Below are positions 28,262-38,214 of a stretch of 64,000 nt of DNA, one piece after another. Source of the DNA: an uncultured Desulfobacula sp. (GTDB taxonomy: Bacteria; Desulfobacterota; Desulfobacteria; Desulfobacterales; Desulfobacteraceae); the NCBI GenBank assembly GCA_964455805.1, contig CAYVZG010000002.1:66382-130381 (forward strand), in the 5' to 3' direction. Position 1 is the stretch's first letter, and the number at the start of each line of letters is the position of its first letter. The translations under genes and the position numbers were made by a program. Below the pieces are notes generated by a model that was given only the letters and a program-made list of their open reading frames with translations, was not told where the DNA came from and did not search any database.

Positions 28262-29707
28262 TTACTCTAAATCATCACGGTTAATATTATATTTCTTAAT
28301 TTTATAGTAAAGCAGTTGTCTTGAAATACCAAGCGCCCTGGCAGTCTTGGTGATATTTCCTTTATCCTCCAGGAGTGCATTTTTAATAATGCTTTTTTCA
28401 TGTTCTGTGGTATTTTTTATTAAATTGGAATGGCGATTTTCCGAAAAATCGTCAGTCCATCGTTTTTGGGGTCTTGCAGACTTGGCTTTTACAGACCACT
28501 TTGAAAAGTGAGTTTGCAGGTGCTGAATCCGGATGACTTCAGCCGTACCCAGAATATTCATAGCACCCTCTATCACATGCTCAAGCTCCCTGACATTGCC
28601 CGGCCATTTATATTGTTTAAACAGCTCCATTACTTCATTGGAAATATTTTTCGCATTTTTACCCAATGTGATATTATGCTTTTCAATAAAATGGTTGACC
28701 AATAAACCAAGGTCTCCCATACGTTCTCTCAAAGGTACAATTTGGATGAATACCACACCCAGACGATAAAAAAGATCAGATCTCAATGTTCCTTCGGAAA
28801 TGGAAATATGGGGGTCATTGTTTACTGAACTAATAATTTTTAAATCTGTTTCAATCTCTTTTAAAGCACCTACTCTTCTGACTTTGTTTTCCTGGATGCT
28901 TCGCAGAATTTTGCTCTGCAATCCCACTGGCATTGAGTTGACCTCATCCAGGAAAATAGTGCCTTTGTCGGTTCTTTCAAACAACCCGGCTTTGTCCACC
29001 GAGCCAGTAAACGCCCCTTTGGATGTGCCGAACAAAATACCCTCTAACAGGTTTTCAGGAATAGCCGCGCAATTAACCGGTGTGTATTTTTTTTTGCCCC
29101 TCATGCTGTGATTATGGATAGCCCTTGCAAACAACTCCTTGCCCGTGCCTGTCTCACCAAGGAGCATCACAGGAGATGGTGTGTTCGATGCCATCCGTGC
29201 TGTATTAATCGCATCGATAAATGCGGGGTCTTCTCCTATAATCCTGTCAAATGTTATTGAAGCAATATCAAATTGCTCTTCCTTACCAGGCAGAGGCATG
29301 GAAGCAATGGTTTCTGTCAGGGCGTGATAATCTCTGACAAAACAGATGGCTCCCACCAGTTTTTTCTTGAGAAAAATCGGCATGGCATTGTGAATGGTAT
29401 TTGCAAATTTCCCCATTCTTGTACGATAATAAAAGGGCTCATCAATTATGGGTTTTTGTCTTACCAGACACCGCAGGATGATGCTGGTGGAACCATCAAG
29501 GTCATAAACATCTATCAGCTTACGAAAAATCACATTATCAGGGTGCAATTCATCAATGAGTGACATGGCTCTATTGTAATAGACAATTACGCCATCGGCA
29601 TTTGTAACGATAACGCCGTCACTGAAATCATCGAAAATGGATAAATAATCTGAATTATCCAGATCCTGCAAAAACTTTCCCGGCTTATTTTTCTTAAAAT
29701 CAGCCAT
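28262..29707 (-). CDS. PAS-domain sigma-54-dependent transcriptional activator (RocR/PrdR-like)
   Basis: GETGTGKELFA, NCAAIPENLLE, GAFTGS, FLDEV, WPGNVREL, C-terminal Fis HTH. Confidence 0.92.
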   Translation of the reverse strand: MADFKKNKPGKFLQDLDNSDYLSIFDDFSDGVIVTNADGVIVYYNRAMSLIDELHPDNVIFRKLIDVYDLDGSTSIILRCLVRQKPIIDEPFYYRTRMGKFANTIHNAMPIFLKKKLVGAICFVRDYHALTETIASMPLPGKEEQFDIASITFDRIIGEDPAFIDAINTARMASNTPSPVMLLGETGTGKELFARAIHNHSMRGKKKYTPVNCAAIPENLLEGILFGTSKGAFTGSVDKAGLFERTDKGTIFLDEVNSMPVGLQSKILRSIQENKVRRVGALKEIETDLKIISSVNNDPHISISEGTLRSDLFYRLGVVFIQIVPLRERMGDLGLLVNHFIEKHNITLGKNAKNISNEVMELFKQYKWPGNVRELEHVIEGAMNILGTAEVIRIQHLQTHFSKWSVKAKSARPQKRWTDDFSENRHSNLIKNTTEHEKSIIKNALLEDKGNITKTARALGISRQLLYYKIKKYNINRDDLE

Positions 29708-30653
29708 TATCCAAAATATTTGTTAATTTGGGTATAATTTCCAAAGCATCAGCCACTGCGTAATAATCACAATTAGCCAGAATAGCCGCATTTTCATCTG
29801 TATTGATGGCAATGACCATTCCCGAGGTTTTCATGCCGGCAAAATGCTGGATGGATCCGGATATGCCACAGGCAATATAAACCCTGGGACTTACTTTCTC
29901 TCCTGTCTGACCCACCTGCATGGAATAGGGCACCCAACCTGAATCCACAGCGACTCTAGATGCCCCAACAGCGGCATTTAATTTTTTTGCGCATTGAGAA
30001 AGCAGGGTAAAATTTTCACTTTTTTTCATGCCCCTTCCTCCTGCAATGATCACTTCAGCTTCGCTAAGATTGATATGTGTCGTCTTATCTAATTCACCTG
30101 ATTTAATCACCCTGAATTCATCTGTAACAAGATGGGTTGAATCAAATTTTAAAATCCGGGCAGCGGTTTGGGCCTTGACAGGTTCAATGGCATTGGGACG
30201 GATACCAACCATGGGGATATCCCCTTTTAACTGAACACTGGCCATGGTTTTTCCTGAATACTGGGATGTCTTTACTTGTTTTTGCTCAATGTCCACATAG
30301 ACACAATCCATTGCAAGAGGCGCATATAATTGGGCTGCGATTCTGGGCAACAGATCCTTTCCCTTTGCAGAGGAAAGACCGAATACCATGGAGATATTAA
30401 ATTCCTCAATGGCATTTACCAAGGCCTTTGCCCTAGTTACCGGATTGTTTTGCTGGTCCGGAGCAAGAACGACCTCAACAATATTAGATATGCCAAATGA
30501 TTCCAGATTTTCTTTTACGCCTGATTCATAAGCATCCAAAACTAATGCAAAAAGCTGGGTGTTTTTTGCCCTTGCCATGGTGATCATGGCAAAATTGGTT
30601 TCCTTAATTTTCTTGTTATCCAATTCTATGATGATTCCGACATTTTTCATCAT
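29700..30653 (-). CDS. etfA: Electron transfer flavoprotein alpha subunit
   Basis: GGRGM, AVGASRVAVD, QVGQTG, YIACGISGSIQHFAGM. Confidence 0.93.
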   Translation of the reverse strand: MMKNVGIIIELDNKKIKETNFAMITMARAKNTQLFALVLDAYESGVKENLESFGISNIVEVVLAPDQQNNPVTRAKALVNAIEEFNISMVFGLSSAKGKDLLPRIAAQLYAPLAMDCVYVDIEQKQVKTSQYSGKTMASVQLKGDIPMVGIRPNAIEPVKAQTAARILKFDSTHLVTDEFRVIKSGELDKTTHINLSEAEVIIAGGRGMKKSENFTLLSQCAKKLNAAVGASRVAVDSGWVPYSMQVGQTGEKVSPRVYIACGISGSIQHFAGMKTSGMVIAINTDENAAILANCDYYAVADALEIIPKLTNILDNG

Positions 30654-31417
30654 ATTAACTTTGCCTCTTGTTTAAGGATTCGAAAAAGTTCATTTGCAAT
30701 TCCGTCAGCATCTCCCTTTATCTCTTTTGGTTCCCGGTTTTGTTTGAGGGGGACAAGTTCAACAATGCTCATTTTTGTGGTAACCTCTTTAATATTCAAG
30801 TCATTGAAATCAATTGTTTTCACCGGTTTCTTTTTTGATTTAACCACATCGGGAAACGTCGGATATCTGGGTGTATTCAGTCCTCTTCCAGCCCCTAGTA
30901 TGCAGGGCAAAGGCATCTGGTAGACATTGGAAACACCGCCTGACAATTCACAGTCAACAACGGCCTTATCAGATTCAATATTCAGTTTGACCACATTTGT
31001 GGCAACGGGAAAATCAAATAATGTCCCTAATCGGAACATGGTCTGCATCCCTTCAGCATCAATGGATTCCTTGCCTGTAAAAATCAATCCGGGATTACCA
31101 TCCTGTTCTATGACTGATTTTAGAGCAAAGGCTGTTACCAGGCTGTCATGATTGTCATCACTGGCTATCAAAATACCTCTGTCTGCTCCCATTGCCATGG
31201 CAGACCGAATGGTTTTTTCCGCTTCATTGTTCCCAAGACAAACCACTACAACTTCAGTACCTGGATGATTATTTTTAATCTTAACTGCTTCTGTCACTGC
31301 ATGTTCATCATAGGGATTTAAAAGAAAGGATATATTTTCATCAATACGGTTTTTATCAAGGATGGTTATATGTGCAGCCGAATCAGGGACATGTTTAACA
31401 CAAATATAGATCTGCAT
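30650..31417 (-). CDS. etfB: Electron transfer flavoprotein beta subunit
   Basis: ICVKHVPD, LNPYDEHAV, AMAMGADRG, GKESID, NTPRYPT. Confidence 0.93.
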   Translation of the reverse strand: MQIYICVKHVPDSAAHITILDKNRIDENISFLLNPYDEHAVTEAVKIKNNHPGTEVVVVCLGNNEAEKTIRSAMAMGADRGILIASDDNHDSLVTAFALKSVIEQDGNPGLIFTGKESIDAEGMQTMFRLGTLFDFPVATNVVKLNIESDKAVVDCELSGGVSNVYQMPLPCILGAGRGLNTPRYPTFPDVVKSKKKPVKTIDFNDLNIKEVTTKMSIVELVPLKQNREPKEIKGDADGIANELFRILKQEAKLI

Positions 31418-31519
31418 TTATTATTCACCATTAACACTTCATCCGCCATGAAGAATACGAACGGAAAAATCATCATTCCTGCGTATTCTTCATGGTTCGG
31501 ATATTTATATAAAGCCGCC

Positions 31520-32857
31520 TTATCCGTTTACGGAAAAGGAACTATTATAGTTGATTTCTCTTTTTCTTGAGAAAAATCCCACGTCGCAGGATCTTTCAGT
31601 ATATTTGAACTCGTACTGAAAGGGTTCTTTATCGTGATCAAGCCCTTTTTCACAGGCATCAATCAACTCAGCCATCATGCGACCCACAACGGGTGCATTC
31701 TTGTATTGGTTTCCGCTGGATCCAATGGCCATGTAGTACCCTGGCAGGTCAGATTTATCATAAACCGGAATCCAGTCGTCAGAGCAGTCATAAAGATCAA
31801 CAACCCCATTGGGCTGATTGGGCACCTGAAGAGTGGGGATACGTTTACCAAGCCTGTAGCACTGTGCTTTCCACTGTGCTTCAGACAGAACATTATCTTT
31901 TCCAAGGCCACCTTTACCCGCATAAAAATCATCAGGATCTACCCATTCCTGGGGATCACAATCAGGATCTTCGCTGCCGATGAGAAATGTGTTACCCACT
32001 TCCGGACGGACATAACACCCGATATCACCATCAGACATGTGATACCCTGTATTCAGATAATCATACTCATCGGGTGAGGGGCAGTACATGACTTCGTGAC
32101 GCAGAGCCTTTGTTTTGATGTTACAGCCTTCCCATACACCTTCGGCCATCTGGTTAATTTTAAACGAATGGGGTCCACCGACATTGACTACAATCCCTGC
32201 ATCAATCATTGTACCGTCTTTCAATGTTATGCCGGTTACTTTACCGTCTTCACTTCTGACATCAACAACCTCGGCATTAAACATGAACTCGGCACCCTTG
32301 GCTTCAGCAGCCCGCATGATATTATGAGCAGAAAGAGTCGGGTCATTAACATAACCGGCTTCAGGACAAAAGATACCGCCCTCAAGCTCTTTGGTGGGCT
32401 CATCATAAAATTTAGGATCTTCCGGGCGTCTCACCGGCCAGAACTCATGAAGGTCAGCCACAGGAACCATTTCTCTTATTTTATCATTGTTCCATTCTTC
32501 GTAGGGCACGCCCACTTCATCATAGTTTTTTTGAACTTTTTTCCAGTCATGACCCTGGGATTTGAGAAGAATTGATCCTGTATTCATATATTTGGCAAGG
32601 CCTTTTTCATCCTCTACATGATCAAGATAGTTTTCCCAGTCCAGCCAGTACTTGAATCCTTCATAGGCCATGGCCACACCGTCTGCTGTTGAATAATGCG
32701 CTCTTACAATTGCGCATGATCCCGAGGTTGAACCTTCGCCGGCATCTGGAAGCTTGTCAACATTAAGGGTTTTATACCCCATTTTAGAAAGTTCAAAAGC
32801 AATGGGTGATCCGATAACACCAGCTCCAATAATAATTGCATCATATTTTTTGTTCAT
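31520..32857 (-). CDS. FAD-dependent oxidoreductase, DAO/sarcosine oxidase beta-like family (paralog 2)
   Basis: YDAIIIGAG, GSTSGSCAIVR, GSSGNQYKNAPVVG. Collinear with 20713..22020. Confidence 0.88.
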   Translation of the reverse strand: MNKKYDAIIIGAGVIGSPIAFELSKMGYKTLNVDKLPDAGEGSTSGSCAIVRAHYSTADGVAMAYEGFKYWLDWENYLDHVEDEKGLAKYMNTGSILLKSQGHDWKKVQKNYDEVGVPYEEWNNDKIREMVPVADLHEFWPVRRPEDPKFYDEPTKELEGGIFCPEAGYVNDPTLSAHNIMRAAEAKGAEFMFNAEVVDVRSEDGKVTGITLKDGTMIDAGIVVNVGGPHSFKINQMAEGVWEGCNIKTKALRHEVMYCPSPDEYDYLNTGYHMSDGDIGCYVRPEVGNTFLIGSEDPDCDPQEWVDPDDFYAGKGGLGKDNVLSEAQWKAQCYRLGKRIPTLQVPNQPNGVVDLYDCSDDWIPVYDKSDLPGYYMAIGSSGNQYKNAPVVGRMMAELIDACEKGLDHDKEPFQYEFKYTERSCDVGFFSRKREINYNSSFSVNG

Positions 32858-32899
32858 AGTACTTATCTCCTTATATTTAGTTTATTGGCAGATGCCATT

Positions 32900-33535
32900 T
32901 TATAGACCTTTTATCCAGTCTGTAAACCTGGTTTCGCCAGCAGGATTCAGCCCAAACTCTTCTCCTGCATGAAGGATTGAATCTATCATATCTCTGCCAT
33001 ACCCTCTTGAGCAGGTCAGTATCAATCCTGAGCTTTCAACCGCTTTGTTTAATGTCACCATCTGACAGGGCACATGGGAAAAAGGACCCTGAAAAAGAAA
33101 AGGCGCCTTTCTCTGGGGATCCATAAAATCAAGGGCTGTCAATTTTTCACAAATTGAAAACACATTTTTCCCAAAAAGTGCAACGCACAATGTGGATTCC
33201 GTGACATCTGTAAATTCTTTTTCATCAGGCATAATGACAGTATCGTCGCCATCCAGATGATACAATGACACCTGGGTGCCGTTCATACGATTGGCAAGAA
33301 TACCGTTTTCAAGAACACAAATGCCGGGTGTTTCAGGAATTACAATTCCAAAAGGTTTTTGGGCTGCGAGGTTGGAATCCTGCAGATCAAACCGAGGCCT
33401 GTGGCTTAAGTCAACCAAAAATGGCCCGTCACCTTCTCCACTATACTCCATAACCACTTCCCAGTTGTCCCTTGTTTCTGTTTTAACAGGTGTACTTTTA
33501 AATACAACCGGGGAAACTCTTTGTATCTCTTTCAT
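32900..33535 (-). CDS. soxG: Sarcosine oxidase gamma-like subunit (GcvT-fold fragment)
   Basis: Follows soxA. LVDLSH, TDVTE...VALFG, EKLTALD, SRGYG resemble SoxG/GcvT N-terminal folds. Confidence 0.7.
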   Translation of the reverse strand: MKEIQRVSPVVFKSTPVKTETRDNWEVVMEYSGEGDGPFLVDLSHRPRFDLQDSNLAAQKPFGIVIPETPGICVLENGILANRMNGTQVSLYHLDGDDTVIMPDEKEFTDVTESTLCVALFGKNVFSICEKLTALDFMDPQRKAPFLFQGPFSHVPCQMVTLNKAVESSGLILTCSRGYGRDMIDSILHAGEEFGLNPAGETRFTDWIKGL

Positions 33536-33545
33536 GATTTTTCCC

Positions 33546-36467
33546 TTACATTTTCATCCGTTTACCTTCTGGATCATAAAACGGCATGGCAACTACCTTT
33601 CCATAAATCCGCTCATCACCGCACTCATCTTCAAAAATCGTAAGCCGTGTGCCGATCTTGGAAAGGGGTGCCTCAACCAGGGCCATACCCACTGCCTCAT
33701 TTAATGAAAAGCTATCTCTTGCGGTAGCAATATATCCTCTCACCTTGTCATCCACAACCAGGGCACCATCTCGTGGAGCCCGTCCATTGTTTTCCATCTT
33801 AAACCCGACCAGTTTGAGCCGGGTCTGATCATTTTCAGCCTGGCGCAGTGCCACAGCACCCACTGTTTTGGCTTCCGCCTTTTTGCGGTCCCACAAGAAT
33901 CCCAGGCCCACATCCAAAAGGTTGGTTCGCTGTTCAGACTCCTGGCCCAGGATGATATGACATTTCTCCATGCGAAGCACGTTCTGGGCTTCAACACCAA
34001 AGTTCTGGATACCAAATTCTTTTCCCGCTTCCTTGAGCATGATCCATACAGCCTTCATATAAGAAGACGGCACATGCAGCTCATAGGAAAGTTCACCCAC
34101 AAACCCCAGACGCATGGCTCTTACGGGAATAGTATCCTTTATTTTAAACTCTTTATATTCCGAATACCCAAAAGCATCATTTGAAATATCAATATCAACA
34201 ACTTTTTTGAGTACTTTTCTGGCATTGGGGCCGGACAGATTGACCACACCCAAGGCATCGGTGAGATTCACCAGAGCAAAATTCCACCCGTCATATCGCG
34301 TGTGATATCTTATCCATTCAACGGTCTGCCCTGCACGTCCGCTTGAAGTGGTGAAATAATAATCATTTTCTCCCTGTTTAACAACAACGCCATCATCAAT
34401 GACGCAGCCGTCATCATTGCACATGGCAGAATATTTGACCCGTCCTTGTTTCATTTTAGACATATCCGATACAAATACCCGTTGCAGTGCTTTTAATGCA
34501 TCCGGTCCATGGAGTCTGAACTTACCAAGGGTTGATCCATCAAGCATCCCCACATTGGATCTGACATTTTCAATTTCTTTTTTACAACTTAGATCACTTG
34601 AAAAGTAACGAGCCCGCTGCCAAACGCCAATATTTCTGAAAATGCCACCGTCTTTTCTCTGCATGTCATCCATGGGTGTTATTTTAAACATCTGATGATT
34701 AACACCGGCATAAGTTGAAATCAGAGTGGGTACCAGAGGTGGCCTCACATTGGTAGGTCTGATGGAAACATCCGGTAACGCCTTGTATTTAGCCACATAC
34801 AAAGGTAGATTGTGGCCTGGGATGCCCCCCTGGCCAGGTCCCAACCCCGTGGCAGTAAACCGCTTGATCAGTTCAGGTACATCAAAGCCTTTTTCAATGG
34901 CCTGTTTAATATTTTTAATCGTTGCATCTTCATCAAAACATATAAAACTCTTGCGACCTTTCACAGGTGCTGTTACCAATTTTGTCCCCCGTGCAGGTCC
35001 CGGCAGATTTTCCAGAGCTTTTTTTGCTTCACCGATCTCCTGGGTGGAACAGTTTTCACAGTCAAAGGCAGCCATTAACCCTGCAAGTGCTCCAGACGCT
35101 TCAATGGACATGGCATCATTTAAACCCAATAGACGACCGGCTGCATGCATTTTTTCCGGCATTTCATCGGGCAGGAAAAAACCGGTATGGTTATCATACT
35201 TAAGTGTTCCCTGCGCCACTGTAATATGGCCGGTGACGGGTGTCATACCAGCCGAGGCCACAACCACATCACAGGAAAAGGTTTTGCTAACCTGGCCGTC
35301 AATGGCTGAAAGACTGATTTTCTTAACCACTTTTCTTCCATGAACTTTGGTGGCCACCCACCCCTTTAAAAATGGAATGTTTTTATCCTGGATTTTTTTC
35401 AACAGGGCTGGATCCTGGCCGTCTTCCCTGATATCGGCAATACATCCAATGGTAAGGCCAAGGTCGTGAAGTTCGAGAGCTGCTTCAAGTCCCAGATCAT
35501 GACCAATACTGAATACCGCTTTCTTCCCTGGCATCTGGCCATATGTTTTGGCAAGCCTGAGTGCACACCCGATCTGCATCACACCCGGTCTTTCGTTATT
35601 ATCAAAAATCAAGGGCCTTTCAATACATCCGGCCGCAACAACAACACTTTTGGCTCTAATCTCAATATAACGCTGGTTAAAGACATCCTCTTTTTTTCCG
35701 ATCTGAAATCCGGTGACCAGGTTGTTGTTATAGGTCCCCACAGCCGCCGTGTGTGTAAACAGGCGAATGTTTTCCTGCGCTGCCACTTCGTTGGCTAGAA
35801 AATTTGCTCTGTCATGGAGGGTCTGTCGATCTTTATATGTACCGGAGCGATATTCAAAAAACCCGCCCAGCCAGGGCCGGGATTCCATCAATATAACCCG
35901 GAGTCCTTTTTTGGCAGCTGAAAGAGCAGCCGTCATTCCTGCCGGTCCGCCACCGATAACACAGATATCTGTATTTAAGAAAATTTCATCATATTTACCC
36001 GGCATCTCAAAATCAGGACTGATTTTCCCAAGCCCGGCCGCTTTCCGGATCTGTTTCATGGCAATGGGCCATATTTTTGCAGGCTTGTGCATGACATTAT
36101 AATAAAATCCGGCCGGCATAGCCCAGTCCATTTTATCCAGAAAAGACATCATGTCATTTTCTGCAGACCCTTTTACATTCTGCTCTTTTATGACCATGCC
36201 GTCTTCAAGCAGTGTATTTTCGCACCGGACATTGGGGATACCGTCCACTTCCATGCAGGTATTACTGCATTCACCGTCAAGACTGTAAAGCCCTCTGGGC
36301 CTGTGATATTTGAGGCTTCTGCCGAATATCCTGATCCCGTTTGCATATAAAGCCGTTGCAACGGTATCTCCCTTTACCCCATAATGTTTTTTCCCTTTAT
36401 AGATAAAGGCAATTTTCTGAGTCGTATCTACTTTCAATGTAGGCAGATGATTAAACCTGTTCATCAT
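33546..36467 (-). CDS. soxA: Sarcosine oxidase alpha-like subunit (N-terminal Fer2_4-like, FAD/NAD-binding and GcvT folate-binding domains)
   Basis: GDTVATALYANG..GRSLKYHRPRG, VIGGGPAG, ELIKRFTATGLGPGQG, DGSTLGKF, GFVGELSYE, LRMEK, PFYDPEG. Start at 36467 after AGGAGG; the ORF-track extension to 36596 overlaps soxD. Confidence 0.88.
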   Translation of the reverse strand: MMNRFNHLPTLKVDTTQKIAFIYKGKKHYGVKGDTVATALYANGIRIFGRSLKYHRPRGLYSLDGECSNTCMEVDGIPNVRCENTLLEDGMVIKEQNVKGSAENDMMSFLDKMDWAMPAGFYYNVMHKPAKIWPIAMKQIRKAAGLGKISPDFEMPGKYDEIFLNTDICVIGGGPAGMTAALSAAKKGLRVILMESRPWLGGFFEYRSGTYKDRQTLHDRANFLANEVAAQENIRLFTHTAAVGTYNNNLVTGFQIGKKEDVFNQRYIEIRAKSVVVAAGCIERPLIFDNNERPGVMQIGCALRLAKTYGQMPGKKAVFSIGHDLGLEAALELHDLGLTIGCIADIREDGQDPALLKKIQDKNIPFLKGWVATKVHGRKVVKKISLSAIDGQVSKTFSCDVVVASAGMTPVTGHITVAQGTLKYDNHTGFFLPDEMPEKMHAAGRLLGLNDAMSIEASGALAGLMAAFDCENCSTQEIGEAKKALENLPGPARGTKLVTAPVKGRKSFICFDEDATIKNIKQAIEKGFDVPELIKRFTATGLGPGQGGIPGHNLPLYVAKYKALPDVSIRPTNVRPPLVPTLISTYAGVNHQMFKITPMDDMQRKDGGIFRNIGVWQRARYFSSDLSCKKEIENVRSNVGMLDGSTLGKFRLHGPDALKALQRVFVSDMSKMKQGRVKYSAMCNDDGCVIDDGVVVKQGENDYYFTTSSGRAGQTVEWIRYHTRYDGWNFALVNLTDALGVVNLSGPNARKVLKKVVDIDISNDAFGYSEYKEFKIKDTIPVRAMRLGFVGELSYELHVPSSYMKAVWIMLKEAGKEFGIQNFGVEAQNVLRMEKCHIILGQESEQRTNLLDVGLGFLWDRKKAEAKTVGAVALRQAENDQTRLKLVGFKMENNGRAPRDGALVVDDKVRGYIATARDSFSLNEAVGMALVEAPLSKIGTRLTIFEDECGDERIYGKVVAMPFYDPEGKRMKM

Positions 36468-36738
36468 TTTTGCCCTCCTGATTTGTTGCCTTATAATTTT
36501 CCTGTTCAAGGTTCGTTGTTGTATCACGGTAAATGGGGAACCATGATCCGCATCCGTCTTTATGAAACCACCATTCCTCCTGAACCCCGGCAACACATTT
36601 ATTCATATGCACGTATTCACACCAGGCTTCTGGTGTCAGATCTTTCTCTTCAGGTCTTGGGCCTTTTTCTTCCCCACCAAACTTGAATTCATATCCGTTT
36701 CTTTTCCCGCAAATTGGACATGTGATTGTTAATGCCAT
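36451..36738 (-). CDS. soxD: Sarcosine oxidase delta subunit (Zn-binding)
   Basis: ITCPICG.R...EF..GGE, EWWFH..GC..WF..RDT.T pattern; lies between soxB and soxA. Confidence 0.88.
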   Translation of the reverse strand: MALTITCPICGKRNGYEFKFGGEEKGPRPEEKDLTPEAWCEYVHMNKCVAGVQEEWWFHKDGCGSWFPIYRDTTTNLEQENYKATNQEGKNDEQV

Positions 36739-36767
36739 TTTCTTTTCTCCTTATGCCTAATTGCCGG

Positions 36768-38024
36768 CTAATTATCTGGGCTGTAATTCACAAGCGCAGC
36801 GGTTTCACCCATGAGATTGTGCTCTTGATATCGTTTCAGGGCAAAGGGTTTCAACATGTCAGGACAATTGTCTGTCGCCATATATTCGGCCATGTATTTA
36901 CCTACGGCAGAGCAGGATTTAAATCCGAAATAACCCCATCCACAATCCATAAAAAATCCTTCAACATGGTTGTTTCCTTCCATTATAGGCGCCATGTCCG
37001 GTGTCATATCCGCCAGTCCGCCCCAGATTCTCATAAAACGAACGCCTCTTAGGCAGGGAAGAAATTCCGAAAGCGCCTCAGCCTGATGTTTGATATAGTG
37101 AGCCGTATTCAAAGTCGTATAGTTTGGCCATGGATCCATGTGCGCCCCCGTGGCTATTTCACCCTTCAGGGTCTGGTTGGCATAGCAATGGTAGGCACCG
37201 GATGAAACCACATGATCAAGAACAGGTTTCAAGGGTTGGGTCACCATGGCCTGAATGGTCAAAACACTAATGGGAAGCTTGATTCCCAGCATGTCATAGA
37301 TCAGAGCTGCAGAATAACCTCCGGCTGAAATCAACACCTGCTTGGTATTAATGACCCCCTGGCTTGTGGTTACCGATGTCACTTTACCGTTTTTCGTTCC
37401 AATATCCAGGGCTTCGGTCTGCTGGTGAATCTCAACACCTTTTTGGGCTGCACCTCTTGCAAGCCCCCAGACTACGGCATCATGGCGAACGACACCACCC
37501 GGAGGATGGAACATGGCGCCATGAATCGGAAATGTAATATCTTCAGAGATATTCAGGGCAGGAACCAGCTCTTTCGCTTCTTTGGCATCAATGAGATGAC
37601 TTTCAACGCCATGAAACTGAGCCGTGGCTATTGTCATACGGGCAGCCTTCATGGCAGCTTCACTGTGCATGAGGTTTAAGTTTCCGCAATTGTTAAACAT
37701 TAAATTGTAATCCAGGTCCTTTGTCAGAACCGGCCAGAGATCAAGGGCTTCTTTATAAAGGGGGACATTGTACTGTGTCCGCTGATTGGCGCGAACAATT
37801 GCAGTATTTCTGCCGGCACCGCCGAATCCGATATAATTCTTTTCTATAATCGCGATATCGGTGATGCCATGTTCCTTTGCAAGAAAATAAGCCGTTGCCA
37901 GACTATGAAGTCCGCCTCCAATGATAACCACATCATAACTTGATTTAAGCTTGGTCTTTTTTCCCCACATGGGTTTTTTTTTCAAAAACATTGGCCTTCT
38001 CTTAAAATTATGGATTTTTGTCAA
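36768..38024 (-). CDS. soxB: Sarcosine oxidase beta subunit
   Basis: SYDVVIIGGGLHSLATAYFLAKEHGIT, GRNTAIVR, GGVVRHDAVVWG, WGGLADMTPD, CGWGYFGFK. Confidence 0.88.
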   Translation of the reverse strand: MTKIHNFKRRPMFLKKKPMWGKKTKLKSSYDVVIIGGGLHSLATAYFLAKEHGITDIAIIEKNYIGFGGAGRNTAIVRANQRTQYNVPLYKEALDLWPVLTKDLDYNLMFNNCGNLNLMHSEAAMKAARMTIATAQFHGVESHLIDAKEAKELVPALNISEDITFPIHGAMFHPPGGVVRHDAVVWGLARGAAQKGVEIHQQTEALDIGTKNGKVTSVTTSQGVINTKQVLISAGGYSAALIYDMLGIKLPISVLTIQAMVTQPLKPVLDHVVSSGAYHCYANQTLKGEIATGAHMDPWPNYTTLNTAHYIKHQAEALSEFLPCLRGVRFMRIWGGLADMTPDMAPIMEGNNHVEGFFMDCGWGYFGFKSCSAVGKYMAEYMATDNCPDMLKPFALKRYQEHNLMGETAALVNYSPDN

Positions 38025-38214
38025 ATTACACCTTATCCATTTTCTTCACTACTCGATGAAATGATTCATGTCAAGCATTTATTTCTAAAATGACATTATT
38101 TCTTTCATTGGTGCTTGACAAACCCTTTCCCATTCTATAAAAATAAATGATATTAAGTCGTTATAATTATGATGGCTAACTCCAACAACATATGTATAAC
38201 AGGTTGAAAATATA

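Noticed and set aside
34726..35343. 205-aa plus-strand ORF
   Set aside because: Antisense shadow within soxA.
36468..36596. N-terminal extension of SoxA in the ORF track
   Set aside because: It overlaps soxD in another frame, and a good RBS precedes ATG 36467.
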